The notes under the pieces: generated by a model
Told to the model about the DNA's origin: nothing
The model's input: the letters and a program-made list of their open reading frames with translations, nothing else
Databases searched by the model: none
Source: an uncultured Gemmatimonadaceae bacterium
GTDB lineage: Bacteria; Gemmatimonadota; Gemmatimonadetes; Gemmatimonadales; Gemmatimonadaceae
Length of the DNA stretch: 64,000 nt
Reading direction: 5' to 3'
Assembly: GCA_963716745.1 (NCBI GenBank)
Contig: OY970320.1
Span: forward strand, 992,001-1,056,000
Shown: in pieces, positions 1 to 10,828 of the stretch
Layout: each line of letters starts with the position of its first letter
Numbering within the stretch: the first letter of the stretch is position 1
Translations under genes and position numbers: made by a program

Positions 1-969
1 GAACTTCACGGCGTCGTCCGGATCGAACTTGCCGCTCGCGATGGTGTCCGGGTGGAAATGCCATTCGCACACGAGCTTCGTGCGCGTGGGCGAGATCGGC
101 CAGAGCGTATGGAACAGTCCGTAGTCGGGCAGCAGACTGAACAGCAGGTTCGGGAAGATCGAGTAGTACCACGCCTGCTGCTTCCCATCGGCGGGCGTAT
201 CGCTGAGCGGGACGCCGCACATGTTGCCGCTCACGGTGAGGCTGCCGCCCGGCTGCGTGATCTCCATGAATCCGCCGAGGAACGGCCCGTCGAACAGGTC
301 GTTCTCGCCGCTCGTGGGCGGCGTGAGCTTCACGAGCTGCGGATGCACGCCGGTGCAGTGATAGCACTCGGAATAATTCTGATGGATGAGCTTCCAGTTC
401 GCCTTGATGTCGTACTCGATGCGGCGGTGGAGCACGAGCTCGGGCAGTCCGAAGCGCGCGAAGCGGCCGAACATCGGCGCGAACGCCTCGGCGAACGGCT
501 CGGGCTCTCTCGAAAGATTGATGAAGATGAATCCTTCCCACTCCTCGGTGGCCGCCGCGTGGAGCGGATAATCCTTCTTGTCAAAATCCTCGAGGCCGCC
601 CATGTGCGGTGCGGAACGGCACTGGCCGTCGAGCGTGTAGCTCCAGGCGTGATAGGGGCACGTGATCGCGCCGCCGAAATTCCCGCGCAACTCTTCGCAC
701 ATGCGCGTGCCGCGATGACGGCACACGTTGAAGAACGCGCGCAGCGCACCGGCGTCATCGCGGGTGACGATGATGCTCTCGTTGCCGATCTCGCGAGTGA
801 TGAAATCGCCCGGTCTCGCCAGTTCGCTCACGCGGCCGGCGCAGATCCATCGCCGCTGGAAGATGCGATCGATCTCGCGCGCGTAGATCTCGGGCGAGGT
901 GTAGTTGCGCCCGGGCATCGTGCGCGCGCCCTGCGTGCCGAGTTGGTTGGCCTTGAGGAAGGTGCCCAT
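1..969 (-). CDS. Rieske non-heme iron oxygenase alpha subunit (GbcA/choline monooxygenase-like); runs off the window edge
   Basis: Not in ORF track. Manual translation from ATG 969 (MGTFLKANQLG...) gives Rieske ligands CRHRG...CPYHAW and mononuclear Fe motif NYSECYHCTGVH. Confidence 0.9.
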   Translation of the reverse strand, partial: MGTFLKANQLGTQGARTMPGRNYTSPEIYAREIDRIFQRRWICAGRVSELARPGDFITREIGNESIIVTRDDAGALRAFFNVCRHRGTRMCEELRGNFGGAITCPYHAWSYTLDGQCRSAPHMGGLEDFDKKDYPLHAAATEEWEGFIFINLSREPEPFAEAFAPMFGRFARFGLPELVLHRRIEYDIKANWKLIHQNYSECYHCTGVHPQLVKLTPPTSGENDLFDGPFLGGFMEITQPGGSLTVSGNMCGVPLSDTPADGKQQAWYYSIFPNLLFSLLPDYGLFHTLWPISPTRTKLVCEWHFHPDTIASGKFDPDDAVKF

Positions 970-1110
970 GCTGGTCTCCGGGAGTTCTTGCGCCCGCCCT
1001 AATCTGAACCGCGGACGGCCGCCGGGAAAGCGGGGCCGGGCGAACTGGCCAGGGCGCGCGACAGGCCGCAGATTCGCGGAAGCGCAGTCCTTCTCTCACC
1101 CGGTCGCAAC

Positions 1111-1467
1111 ATGATCTCGGTATTCTACATCCTCATCGGCCTCGCAGCCGGCGTCCTCGCAGGCCTCTTCGGGATCGGCGGCGGCATCCTGATCATCCCG
1201 GCGCTGGTGCTGCTCCTGAAGATGGACCCGCAGACGGCGACCGGCACGTCGCTCGGCGCGCTGCTGCTTCCCGTGGGTGCACTCGGCGCGTGGGCCTTTT
1301 GGAAACGCGGCCACGTGGACATCAACGGTTCGCTGCTGCTGGCGCTGGGACTCTTCGTCGGCGCGTATTTTGGCGCGCAGCTGAATCAGACGTTGTCCCC
1401 CGAGAGCGCGCGGCGGGCGTTCGCAGTGTTCCTGGTGTTGGTGGCTGGGAAAATGTGGGTGGGCTAG
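1111..1467 (+). CDS. TauE/SafE (TSUP) family membrane protein, half-size
   Basis: GVLAGLFGIGGGILIIPAL motif, about 4 TM helices. Confidence 0.85.
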   Translation: MISVFYILIGLAAGVLAGLFGIGGGILIIPALVLLLKMDPQTATGTSLGALLLPVGALGAWAFWKRGHVDINGSLLLALGLFVGAYFGAQLNQTLSPESARRAFAVFLVLVAGKMWVG

Positions 1468-1582
1468 GACGCGGGGCGCGGGGCTCGGGACTCGCCGCGG
1501 GATGTCGGGAAAAGCGACGTTGAGACCAGCGCGCCGTTCTCGCGTCCCGCGGCGCGTCCCGCGTCCCGCATCCCGCGCAGTT
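1468..1582. repeat. Palindromic intergenic repeat, family A (GGGACTC heptamers + GCCGCGGGA)
   Basis: ggggctcgggactcgccgcggga ... tcccgcggcgcgtcccgcgtcccgc between convergent genes; related copies at 41409 and 45015. Confidence 0.8.
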
Positions 1583-1587
1583 TTAGT

Positions 1588-3664
1588 TCAGTGGTTGACC
1601 CCCACCGTAAGCCCCGCGAAGTAGATGCGCTGCGGGGCCGGTTCGTAGTATTGGCCGCCGGTGGCGTTCACGACAACTGAGCCCACGTAGCGCGCGCCGA
1701 ACACGTTCGATACGCCGATCACCGGTTGGAGCCACGGGCGTCCGAAGAGCGCCGTGCCGCCCGCGCGCAGGTTCACCACCACGTAGCCCGGCGCCGACGC
1801 GGTGTTCGCGTCGTCCGCCCACACGGAGCTCTTGCCCACCACTTCGGCGGTGCCGAACAGGCTGTGCCAGTGGTACGTGCTCTGCACCTGCACCACGTTC
1901 TCGGGCACACCGGGCACGGTGTTGCCATCGTAACGGCTCGAGTCGACGACGAAATCCACGAACTGGAAGCGCGACAGACTGTAGGCGAAGCCGAACTCCA
2001 CGGGGCCGACATTCGTGTTGACGCCGAATTCGACCCCAAGTCGTCGCGTGCGGCCGGCGTTGCGGTAATACACTCGGCCGCCGCCGCCCACCACCTGGTA
2101 CGGGATGAGTTCCTGTTGCACTTCGGTATCGTAGAGCGCGAGATCGTACGCCCACTTCGCGCTCAGGATACCCTTGGCGCCGATCTCGTAGTTCCACGAG
2201 TGTTGCGGCTTGAGATCGGGATTGATGCCGGCGCTGCCATCAGGGTGATTCGCGAGTTCGGTCGCCGTCGGCGTCTCGAATCCCGCCGCGATATTCGCAT
2301 ACAGCGAGTGCAGCGGCGCGATGCGCGCGACGATGCCGAACATCGGACTCACGGCGCTCATGGTCGTGTGACCGGAGTTGTCGCCGTCGGAAAGGAAGTG
2401 GTCGTCCACGGTGAACTTGGTCAGATCGCCGCGGAGCCCAAGCGTGAGCGTGTAATCGCGCGCGACCTCCAGTTCGTCGCGCACGTAGGGGCCGGCCGTG
2501 GACACGATCTCCGTTTGATCGAGCGTGAGCGTGCCCTTTGTCATCGGGAGCACGGGACACGCGGCGGTGGGCGTGACGACGCCGTTGCAATTGTTCCAAT
2601 TCTGCCGGTCGTCATTCTGAAGTGAAGCGTCGATGCCGGCGGTGAATCGATTCAGCAATGTTCCAAGATGCCCGGGCCAGATGCCGCGAACGGACCCGCC
2701 ATAGGAGAATCGGTCGACGTTCACCACGCCGAAGGTGAGCGGATTGTACAGATCGCGCGTGCCGCCGAAGAGTTGCGCGGAGATCACGCCACCGCTGTCC
2801 GTGGCGCGCTGCGCCGAGAGTCCCACCTGGATCTGCTTGACCGCCTTGGAGGCATTCTTCAGCACCGAGCGCGGGTCGGCCATGCGCGGATTCGAATCCA
2901 GCTCGGCTTTGGTGAGCGCGCCCGGATTCTGCGCGAGCGGCATGTCGAGTCCCATGGCCTGCACGCCCAGGTCCCACTTCCCCGCGGCGAGCAGCGCGTG
3001 GCCGTAGCCGTTCGTGAGCTGCACGCTTGCGTGTTCGCGATAGCCGTCGCTGCTCGTGTAGCCGTAGTTCGCATCCCACCCACCGCCGGCGTACGCACCG
3101 CCGAGTACGCCGGTGAGTCGTTCGGAGTTGTAGCCGGCGAACGATGTGCGCACCTCGCCGGCAAGCGGATCCACCGGCGGCGGCGCGGAACGGAAATCGA
3201 TCACACCGCCGCTCGCGTTGCCATACAGTGAACTCGCCGCGCCGCGCATCGCCTCGATCCGGCCGATGTCCTCGAGATCCAGATAGTCAATCGGCGTCTG
3301 CCCATCGGGGAGCGTGAGCGGCATGCCGTCGCGCAGGATGCGAATGCCGCGCACGCCGAAGGACGAACGCGCGCCCACGCCGCGGATCGAGATGCGCGGA
3401 TCCTGCGACGGATTCGTGCGATCCGAGATGACGACGCCATTCAGCGCCAGCCCGGTCTCGCTGAGCTGCACATGCCGCTGGCCCGGCCGCTGGCTGTCGG
3501 GCGTTTGCGCACTGATCGCGTATGGCAGGTCGAGGGTCGACTGCCCCGCGTCACGCGCGACGGTGACGACGGGGGCGAGTTTCTGCGCGACGGCGCTGTC
3601 TGCTTGCGCGCACGCCGCGAAGGGCATTCGCCATGGACGCGAGGACTAAGAGATCTCGGCGCAT
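1588..3664 (-). CDS. TonB-dependent receptor (YncD-like); signal peptide split off by a frameshift near 3628
   Basis: Plug motif RISIRGVGARSSFGVRGIRIL..DG, IEAMRGAASSLYGNASGGVI; upstream MRRDLLVLASMA in another frame. Confidence 0.9.
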
Positions 3665-3681
3665 GGGGCGAATCTATCCGT

Positions 3682-3793
3682 ACTACGCGGGAAGCGGGAA
3701 GCGGGAAGCGCCGCGATGAGCGGGAACAGATGAGGGGCCCTCGTCAGTTCTCGCATCATCGCGGCGCTTCCCGCTTCCCGCTTCCCGAGCACT
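3682..3793. repeat. Palindromic repeat, family B ((GCGGGAA)3 ... (TTCCCGC)n)
   Basis: gcgggaagcgggaagcgggaagcgccgcgatga ... tcatcgcggcgcttcccgcttcccgcttccc; half copy near 33802-33832. Confidence 0.85.
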
Positions 3794-5936
3794 TCAGTTG
3801 CTCCTCCCCCCGCGCACCACGGTCAGTGAGTACGGCGCCACGATGAGCGCCGCACCTGCGTTGAGTGTAGAGCGCTCCGGCGGCTGATCGACGGTGGGAG
3901 CGCCGTTCTCTCCGGCAGCGTGCCAGACATACTGTTTGCTGGAGAATCGGATCACCGTGCGCGCGCCGTTCATCGCGCCGCCATAGCGGCTGCCGAACTT
4001 CAGCGACACGCGGTAGCTATGAAGCGGATCCTTGTTCACGAGCAGCGTGCTCCAGCTGCCGTCCGGCCGGTGGAGCACGTACGCCGAGAGCACTTCGTTG
4101 CCGAGCGAATCGCGCGCGTCGCTCTCGGCGGCGAACATTCCGTTCTTGCCCTCGAGCGCGGGCCAGTCGCGAGTCAACATGCGTGCGCCATGGTAGGTCG
4201 CGGTGTTGAAGCGGATCTTCCGGTCCTGTCCGGCAAGGAAGAGCATGTTGTTCCCCCACGAGTCGCAGTGCGGAGCGCGCTCGAGCCAGCTCGGCTCCCA
4301 GCCGTACAGATACGCCGTGCTCCCGCCGAGCGAGAGGAATCGGCCGACGATGTCGGCGTTGAGCAGCGCGCCTTCGATGTCCACCTCGGCGCGGCCGGCG
4401 AAGGCGGAATAGCCGTACTCCGCGATCACGCGCGGGATCGCGGCGGGCATTCCATCCTTCTCCACCTGGGCGAGGCGGTCGGTGAGACGCGCCGACGCCG
4501 CGGCGAGCTGCGGCGCGTACGGTCCGCAGATATCGTCGTACGGATACCACTCGAACGAGAAGAAGGTGAGATCGCCGGGACGCCCGCGCGCGCGCAGCGT
4601 GCGCATGAAGCGCGGGATCCACGGATCGCCCGCGCTGTCGTTGGGCCATGCGAACATCACGCGGCTCTCGAGCCCCTGCATGCTGGGACCGCCGAGTTGC
4701 GCATCGGGGCGTGCGGCGCGCAATGCGCGCGCGAATTGCGTGTAGAGCTCGCCGTAATCTTCGGGCGCGATGTACTGTCCGTCGGGCTCTTCGCCCATCT
4801 CGATGCGGCCAACGGCGTACCCGCGCTTCGCGAGAAAGCGGAGCTCCGCCACTGCATTCTCCGGCGTGCCATAGAGCACCGGCACAGGGATCATCGCGGG
4901 GCGGCCGCCCGTGAGTCCGCTCGTGAAGATCCGGTCGAAGCCGGGCTGCTCGAGGTCGAGATCGATATCCTCGGCGCGGTGCCAGGGATCCGTGGTGGAA
5001 GCGTAGGCGGTCGATTGCTTCTCGCGCGCTGGGGCGTGGCGCACGACATCGCGCAGCGTCGTGCCCTTCATCGTACCGATCTCGATCTCGCGGATCGCGT
5101 AGCCGGCGGAGTCTCGCGCGTCTTCGGCGAATCGCGGCGCGGCTCTCGCGCTCTGTGTCATGACGATGCGCACGAAGCGCGCGGTCACGCTGTCCTGCGA
5201 GAGACGGCGCAGTTCGATGCCGCCGCGTCCGTCATGTTCATCGCCGCCGCCGAACGTCACCCAACGGCCGGGCGGATTCTCGTCCACGTCGTTCACGATC
5301 ACGCCGCGCCAGTACTGCACGCGGAACGCCGCGGCCCACGGCACGCCCCAGTGGATGCGAATGCGCATTCACCGGCAGCGCGCGGCCGAGGTCCACGATC
5401 ACCCACTGGGGATAGGTCGAATCGGGAAGGCCGGTGAAGCGATGATCGAGGTACGGATTGCTCTTCCAGAATGTCGCGGTATCGCCGTCGTCGAGCCGGG
5501 AATAGCCGGTGTTGTCCGCCTGGTCGATCGAATTGCCCCGGCGCGGAAGGCGGTAGCCGTGCGCGAGGAGGATCGGGGTCGCCGAGGAATCGTCGGACGT
5601 CCAGTAGCCGCGGCGATGCGCGCTGTCGCTCCAGCGGCCGCTCGGATTCCAATGCCACGCTTCGATGCCGAGTTCGGTGCGCAGGCGAAGCGTTGCGAGC
5701 GAGAAGCCGGCATTCGACATCGCGCGGATATTCGCGGCGGTATAGATCTGTTTTATCGCGCCCTTCGCGTGGCCATCGAGGCCTGCGCCGAAGGTTTCGC
5801 GGGCGTCGAAGGTGTTTATTGCGGGGCGGTCGGAGCTGATCGTGATCGTCGCGTCGCGCGTTTGCGCGAGGGCGGGGGCGCAGAGGCATGCGAGCGTTAG
5901 AGCGACGGATATACTGCGGAAAGCGAACATCATCAC
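3794..5936 (-). CDS. Secreted glycoside hydrolase (clan GH-A-like) with discoidin/F5-8 domain; frameshift near 5365
   Basis: Signal peptide, PQWVIVDLG...IRIHW discoidin motif spanning ORFs 5238..5936 and 3794..5368; EMGEEPD and IAEYG catalytic-like motifs. Confidence 0.7.
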
Positions 5937-6188
5937 CAGAGCGCTTAGAATTGCAGTGAACAGTAAGCAGTGATCGAGTAACCGCCAGTCGACAGTCTAC
6001 AGTCAACAGGTCACAGAAGGCGGCGCCGCGCACATCGCAGGCTCATCGATGCCGATCCGCCGCCGAGAACCTGCGACGAGTGCGAAACCGTTTTCTGTGA
6101 CCTGTTGACTGTTGACTGTTGACTGGCAGTCACTCAAGGACTGTTGACTGTCTACTGCAATTCTAAGATCACTGGTGATGTAACCCGC
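5923..6188. repeat. 266-bp palindromic MITE-like element, copy 1
   Basis: Long self-complementary arms (catcaccag..cttagaattgcagt..cagtcaacaggtcacagaa / ttctgtgacctgttgactg..actgcaattctaag..ctggtgatg); homologous copy at 8010. Confidence 0.85.
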
Positions 6189-6229
6189 CGCCCCCTGTGC
6201 GGCGCGATGCATCACATTTACCCTTCAGA

Positions 6230-7022
6230 ATGAAACTCGCGGCCGCCGCGCTACTGCTCCTCCTCTCAACACGCGCCGCCGCGCAGACAGAATATTTCAA
6301 TCTCGATCCCGGCCGCCCGCTCCGCGTGCAAGATGCCTACGCGATCGAGCGCTACGGTTGGGACCTTCAGATCGGGCCCCGTGGTCTCGGGTCCGTCGGG
6401 CTCGGGCTCTACTTGGGCGCTCGAGACCGCGCTCGCGTGGGGCGCATTTCCGCGCACGCAACTCGAGATCGCAGCACCACTCGCGTCCGCGCCGGCGGCG
6501 GCCGGCGGCCACACCACCGGACTCGACGGCCTCGAGCTGGGCGCACTCTACAATCTGAACACCGAGACCACTTCCCTTCCCGCATTCGCGGTCGCGGCGC
6601 ACGTCACTGCGCCCGTCGGCACGCTGGGTCCGGCGAGCGCATTGCTCATGATGGAGGGGATCGCCACGCGCAGTTGGAGCGGACTGCGCGCGCACCTCGA
6701 TGCGGCGGCGACGATCGGTCCGGCCGGCGGCGGCACCGGAGCGCTGGAGCGGCCCCGCTGGTTCGTCGGCGCCGCGCTCGATCACACGTGGCCGCTGAGC
6801 TCGGTGCTCGCGGCGGTCGAGATCGTCGCGCTGCAGCCGCTCGCCGATAGCAGCGCGATCGCGTGGAGCGCCGGCGCGGGCGCGCGCGTGCAGTGGACGC
6901 CCGTGCTCGTGCTCGACGGCGGCGTGAGCCGGCGATTCACCGGCGCGGACCAGGCGTGGAGCGCCACGCTAGGCATCACGTGGAGTTTCGCGGTGCGGAC
7001 TCTCATGCCGGTGCCCAGGTGA
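6230..7022 (+). CDS. Secreted, probably beta-barrel outer-membrane protein; frameshift near 6378
   Basis: MKLAAAALLLLL signal, then alternating beta-strand pattern ending WSATLGITWSF in ORF 6333..7022. Confidence 0.65.
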
Positions 7023-8000
7023 GATCGCGCATCGTGGTCCTGCTGCTCGCGCTCGCGAGCGGGTGCGCGCGGCGCGCGCGCGCAGTGGTCCACGGTGTAC
7101 GAACAGGCGTATCTCCCCGGCACGTTCAATTGGCAATTCCATTCGAACTATCCGGCGGCCGAGCGGCTGTTCTACGCGTTCGACTATGGCCACGCGATCC
7201 TGTACGAGACGCTGCTCACGCGTGCGAACGCGGACACGTCGGCGCTCGAGACCGCAGCATTCGATTTCATCGTGGACACTTTGCTGCGCCATCCGCCGCG
7301 GTTGCCACTCGCCGAACGCGCGATCGATCCGGAATACGCGAAGCTCGTGCCGGAGGCGCAGGCGATGTTCGACTGGGCGCATCAGCTCCATCGTCAGATC
7401 TACGACGTCTGGAGCGATGACCGCATCCCGGTCGAGGACAAGGATGCGTGCGTCACCGAGTTGCTTCGCTACTACCGCTCGCGGCGCGATCTTGCTTTCA
7501 GCGCGCATCCCAAGAGCATGACGCTCATGGAGGGCCAGTCATATTCGCTCGCGTTCCGCAAACGCTATCCCAAGTTCAACGGCCTGATCTGGGCGTACCA
7601 CTGGCTGCAGGTGGGACTGTATGACGCGTTGCTGGCGGGCCGAACGCGTTCGGAGCGCGATGCGAACGTCGCGGCCGCGACGGCGCGCTTCTGGGAGATG
7701 ATCGCGCGGGCGCCCGCGCACATGCCGGAGATGATGCCGATGACGCCCGCCGTCGCGCCGCGTTTCACCGCGAGATATCCTGAGGCCGCGATCATTTTCG
7801 ACAATCTGCATGCGATGCATGATGTCGTGTCGGATATCCTTGCATCACCTTCGATCCCTCGCGACGCGAAACGGATCGCGATCCTCGCGGCGGCGGCGCG
7901 GTATCGGGATGATTCATCATTCGTCACGACCGAGCGCGAGTGGCGCGAGATGGCGACGATGATGGGGGCGGAGCGGATGGGTGGAGTTGCGGTGCCTTGA
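7019..8000 (+). CDS. His/Met-rich helical hypothetical lipoprotein; frameshift near 7070
   Basis: GTG overlaps the upstream TGA; lipobox-like LASGC; body is ORF 7095..8000. Confidence 0.7.
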
Positions 8001-8009
8001 ACGTTCACG

Positions 8010-8275
8010 GCGAACAGCATCGCCAGCGCGCTTAGAATCGCAGTGAACAGTACACAGTGATCGAGTAACGGCCAGTCTACAGTCTACAGTCAACAGGTCA
8101 CAGAAGGCGGCGCCATGCATGTCGCAGGTTCATCGATGCCGATCCGGCGCCGTGGGACCTGCGACGAGTGTGAGACCGGTTTCTGTGACCTGTTGACTGT
8201 AGACTGTTGACTGGCAGTCACTCGGGGACTGTTGGCTGTTTACTGCAGCTCTCCGAACCTGGTGATGATGTTCGC
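8010..8275. repeat. 266-bp palindromic MITE-like element, copy 2
   Basis: Ends gcgaacagcatcgccag / ctggtgatgatgttcgc; colinear with 5923..6188. Confidence 0.85.
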
Positions 8276-8286
8276 AGTCCCGAACC

Positions 8287-9210
8287 TCACCGCGCGAGCA
8301 GCGATTCCAGCAACGCCCCCAACCGATATCCCGCCACCGCGATCCGCCGTTCACTCACCTGCGTCGCATGATCCATATACCCCTCCGGCGCCGCCGCGCC
8401 GCGCAGGATCCCGCAGCAATACACCTCATGCTGCGCGAGCACGAGCGATTCCCGCCCCCACGCATCGAAACTCGTGATCGCGATAAGACTCGCCACCGAA
8501 TCGCGCGGCACCGCGGCCGTGACGATCGCGGACACGCGGTCAATGTAGGCTTCCTCGGACTCGCCCGCCTGCCGTGGATAGCGCGCCGTGAGGATGCGGT
8601 CCCAATACCAATGGAGCGACATCTTCCCATCGAGCGCGAACGTATTGCCGCCCTTATCGCCGTCCGGTTCTTCCGCCGTGACGCGGCCGCTCGCGTGCAG
8701 CGGCTGATGGATATCGCCCGCGAGGTGCATGACCCAGGCGAGCGCGATCGCGCGGTCCGCGGCGCTCGCGGTCGTATCGCGCACGATACGCGACTGGCGG
8801 TCGAGCTCGGTGAGGATATTCGCGCTGTCGGCATGGAGCGTCGTGGACTCGACGATCGCGCCGTCCGGCATCTCGCTCCAGAACCAATCGTGATAGTGCC
8901 ACGTGGGACAATGGTACGCGTGCCGCGCTTCCGGATCGCGTGCGCGAATGACGTCGGCCCACGTGCCCGCGCGCTCCGCGAACAGGAGTTCACTGAGCGA
9001 ATCGTCACCCATGGGCCGCAGATCGGCGAGCCCCGCGTCGCCCGGCGCGCGCGCGAGCAAGGCCGTCACCTGGCCACGCACTTTCGGGGACAACTGCTCC
9101 CAGGCGATCCGCACGATCACCATGTGACCCGTCTCGTCCCAGGCGCGGGCCGGCCGCGCGGCGAGTGCAAGAAGGATGGCGGCGGCTGCGACGCTGCGAT
9201 GTGTGCGCAT
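8287..9210 (-). CDS. S1/P1 nuclease
   Basis: Mature N-terminus WDETGH, WAD, WHY, HLAGDIHQPLH, GDKGGN, LHWYWD zinc-ligand motifs. Confidence 0.93.
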   Translation of the reverse strand: MRTHRSVAAAAILLALAARPARAWDETGHMVIVRIAWEQLSPKVRGQVTALLARAPGDAGLADLRPMGDDSLSELLFAERAGTWADVIRARDPEARHAYHCPTWHYHDWFWSEMPDGAIVESTTLHADSANILTELDRQSRIVRDTTASAADRAIALAWVMHLAGDIHQPLHASGRVTAEEPDGDKGGNTFALDGKMSLHWYWDRILTARYPRQAGESEEAYIDRVSAIVTAAVPRDSVASLIAITSFDAWGRESLVLAQHEVYCCGILRGAAAPEGYMDHATQVSERRIAVAGYRLGALLESLLAR

Positions 9211-9395
9211 GAGCGGATCGGCGAGAGGTGAAGGGACGCGGAATACCCGAGAAATGAAGGGACACGACGCGCGCGGGACAAGCGCCTCGCGCCTATTGCC
9301 AACGGTTCACGAAAATGCCAACGTATCGCGCAATCGGCGCCTCCGGCCGCCTTCCACGCAGGCACCTAATCGATTCCCCACGGGAGCAATCATCC

Positions 9396-10661
9396 ATGAA
9401 AGTCCTCCGTCTCGTCGGCGCACTGCTCGCGGCGGTCGCATTGATGTCGCCGCCCGCCGCGTCCCAAAGTTCCGGCACGGTTGACCTCGGCGTCTTCGCG
9501 CGGCTGAATTCATTGGACGCGAGCTACGGCACAGCCACGGGCGGCGGCGGTGGATTCCGGGCGGGCTATTTCATCTGGAAGAATCTCGAGCTTAACTTCG
9601 ACCTCTCGCAGAGCACGAACAGCTCGAACGTCGACAGCCTGGGCGACATGACGTATCAGCCGTGGCATCTGCGCGCCGAGTACTTCTTCCCGACGGGCGA
9701 CAGCTGGTCGCTGCTGGTGGGCGCCGGCTATGGGCACGAGACGTTCCGGCAGAGCGGCACGAACGGATCCGACAACGCGATCGCCTTCATCCTCGGCATG
9801 CGCGCGACGCTCGGGACTCGCGTGTACGCGATGCTCGACTACACGGGCGACTACTCCACCAGCCCCGCCGACAAGAGCGCGCGGACCAAGAACACATTGA
9901 ACAACGGGCTGGAACTCGGCCTCGGATTCCTGTTGTTCGGCAAGGAAGAGACCAAGGTGGCCGAGCCCGCGCCGGCGCCGCCGCCGGCCGCCGCCGCGGC
10001 CCCTGCCGCCGCGGCCGTCATGGCGCCCGCCGATGATGACAAGGACGGCGTCGTGAATACAGCGGACAAATGCCCCAACACGCCCGCGGGTGAGAGCGTG
10101 GATGCGAACGGCTGCTCGCAGAGCCAGCTCGACAATGATCACGACGGCGTGATGAATAATCTGGACAAGTGCCCCAACACACCGGCGGGCCAGCCGGTGG
10201 ACGCGAATGGATGCTCGGCGTCGCAGCGCGACAGCGATGGCGACGGCGTGATGGACGACAAGGACACGTGCCCCGACACCCCGGCCGGCACGGCAGTGGA
10301 TGCGACCGGCTGCCCGCTGCACCCGTTGGTGCTGGAGGGAGTGAAGTTCGAGAGCAACAAGGCCGTGCTGCTGCCCGGCTCGACGACGACGCTCGACAAG
10401 GTGGCGGCGGGACTCCTGGCGCACACCACTGTCCGGATCGAGATCGAGGGTCATACGGACAATTCGGGCACCGCGGCGTACAACATGAAACTGTCGCAGG
10501 AGCGCGCCGACGCCGTGAAGGCGTATCTCGTGTCGAAGGGAGTCGCCGCCGACCGCATCGTCGCCAAGGGTTACGGCGAAACGGTTCCGCTGGTGCCGAA
10601 CACGTCAGCCGCGAACAAACAGGAGAATCGGCGGGTCGAGGTGAAGCAGCTCAATCCGTAG
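9396..10661 (+). CDS. OmpA/OprF family protein with thrombospondin type-3 repeats
   Basis: Signal, beta-barrel, three DxDxDGVxxxxDxCPxTP repeats, EGHTD...LSQERA...NRRVE. Confidence 0.93.
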   Translation: MKVLRLVGALLAAVALMSPPAASQSSGTVDLGVFARLNSLDASYGTATGGGGGFRAGYFIWKNLELNFDLSQSTNSSNVDSLGDMTYQPWHLRAEYFFPTGDSWSLLVGAGYGHETFRQSGTNGSDNAIAFILGMRATLGTRVYAMLDYTGDYSTSPADKSARTKNTLNNGLELGLGFLLFGKEETKVAEPAPAPPPAAAAAPAAAAVMAPADDDKDGVVNTADKCPNTPAGESVDANGCSQSQLDNDHDGVMNNLDKCPNTPAGQPVDANGCSASQRDSDGDGVMDDKDTCPDTPAGTAVDATGCPLHPLVLEGVKFESNKAVLLPGSTTTLDKVAAGLLAHTTVRIEIEGHTDNSGTAAYNMKLSQERADAVKAYLVSKGVAADRIVAKGYGETVPLVPNTSAANKQENRRVEVKQLNP

Positions 10662-10685
10662 CCTTGTCGCGCTCGGGAATGCACG

Positions 10686-10719
10686 CCGCCCCGCCGGGAG
10701 AGTTCCAGCGGGGCGGTTT
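10686..10719 (+). terminator. Probable intrinsic terminator after the OmpA gene
   Basis: ccgccccgc...gcggggcgg stem followed by ttt. Confidence 0.55.
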
Positions 10720-10721
10720 GC

Positions 10722-10756
10722 ATCATGTAAATCTTGTCAATCCTGTCTAATGCAGT
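10722..10756. repeat. Family D 9-mer repeat (AATCMTGTH), half copy
   Basis: atcatgtaaatcttgtcaatcctgtc; related to 39441 and 58903. Confidence 0.7.
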
Positions 10757-10828
10757 CTCAATGGCTTTATATTCTGGGAACTCGAGACATTCCGCCCACA
10801 GCCAGTCCGCCCGCAGAGGAGCCGCGTC

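Noticed and set aside
52..1002. 316-aa plus-strand ORF
   Set aside because: Antisense shadow of the Rieske oxygenase gene
10030..10315. Internal repeats in the OmpA gene
   Set aside because: Ordinary thrombospondin type-3 coding repeats
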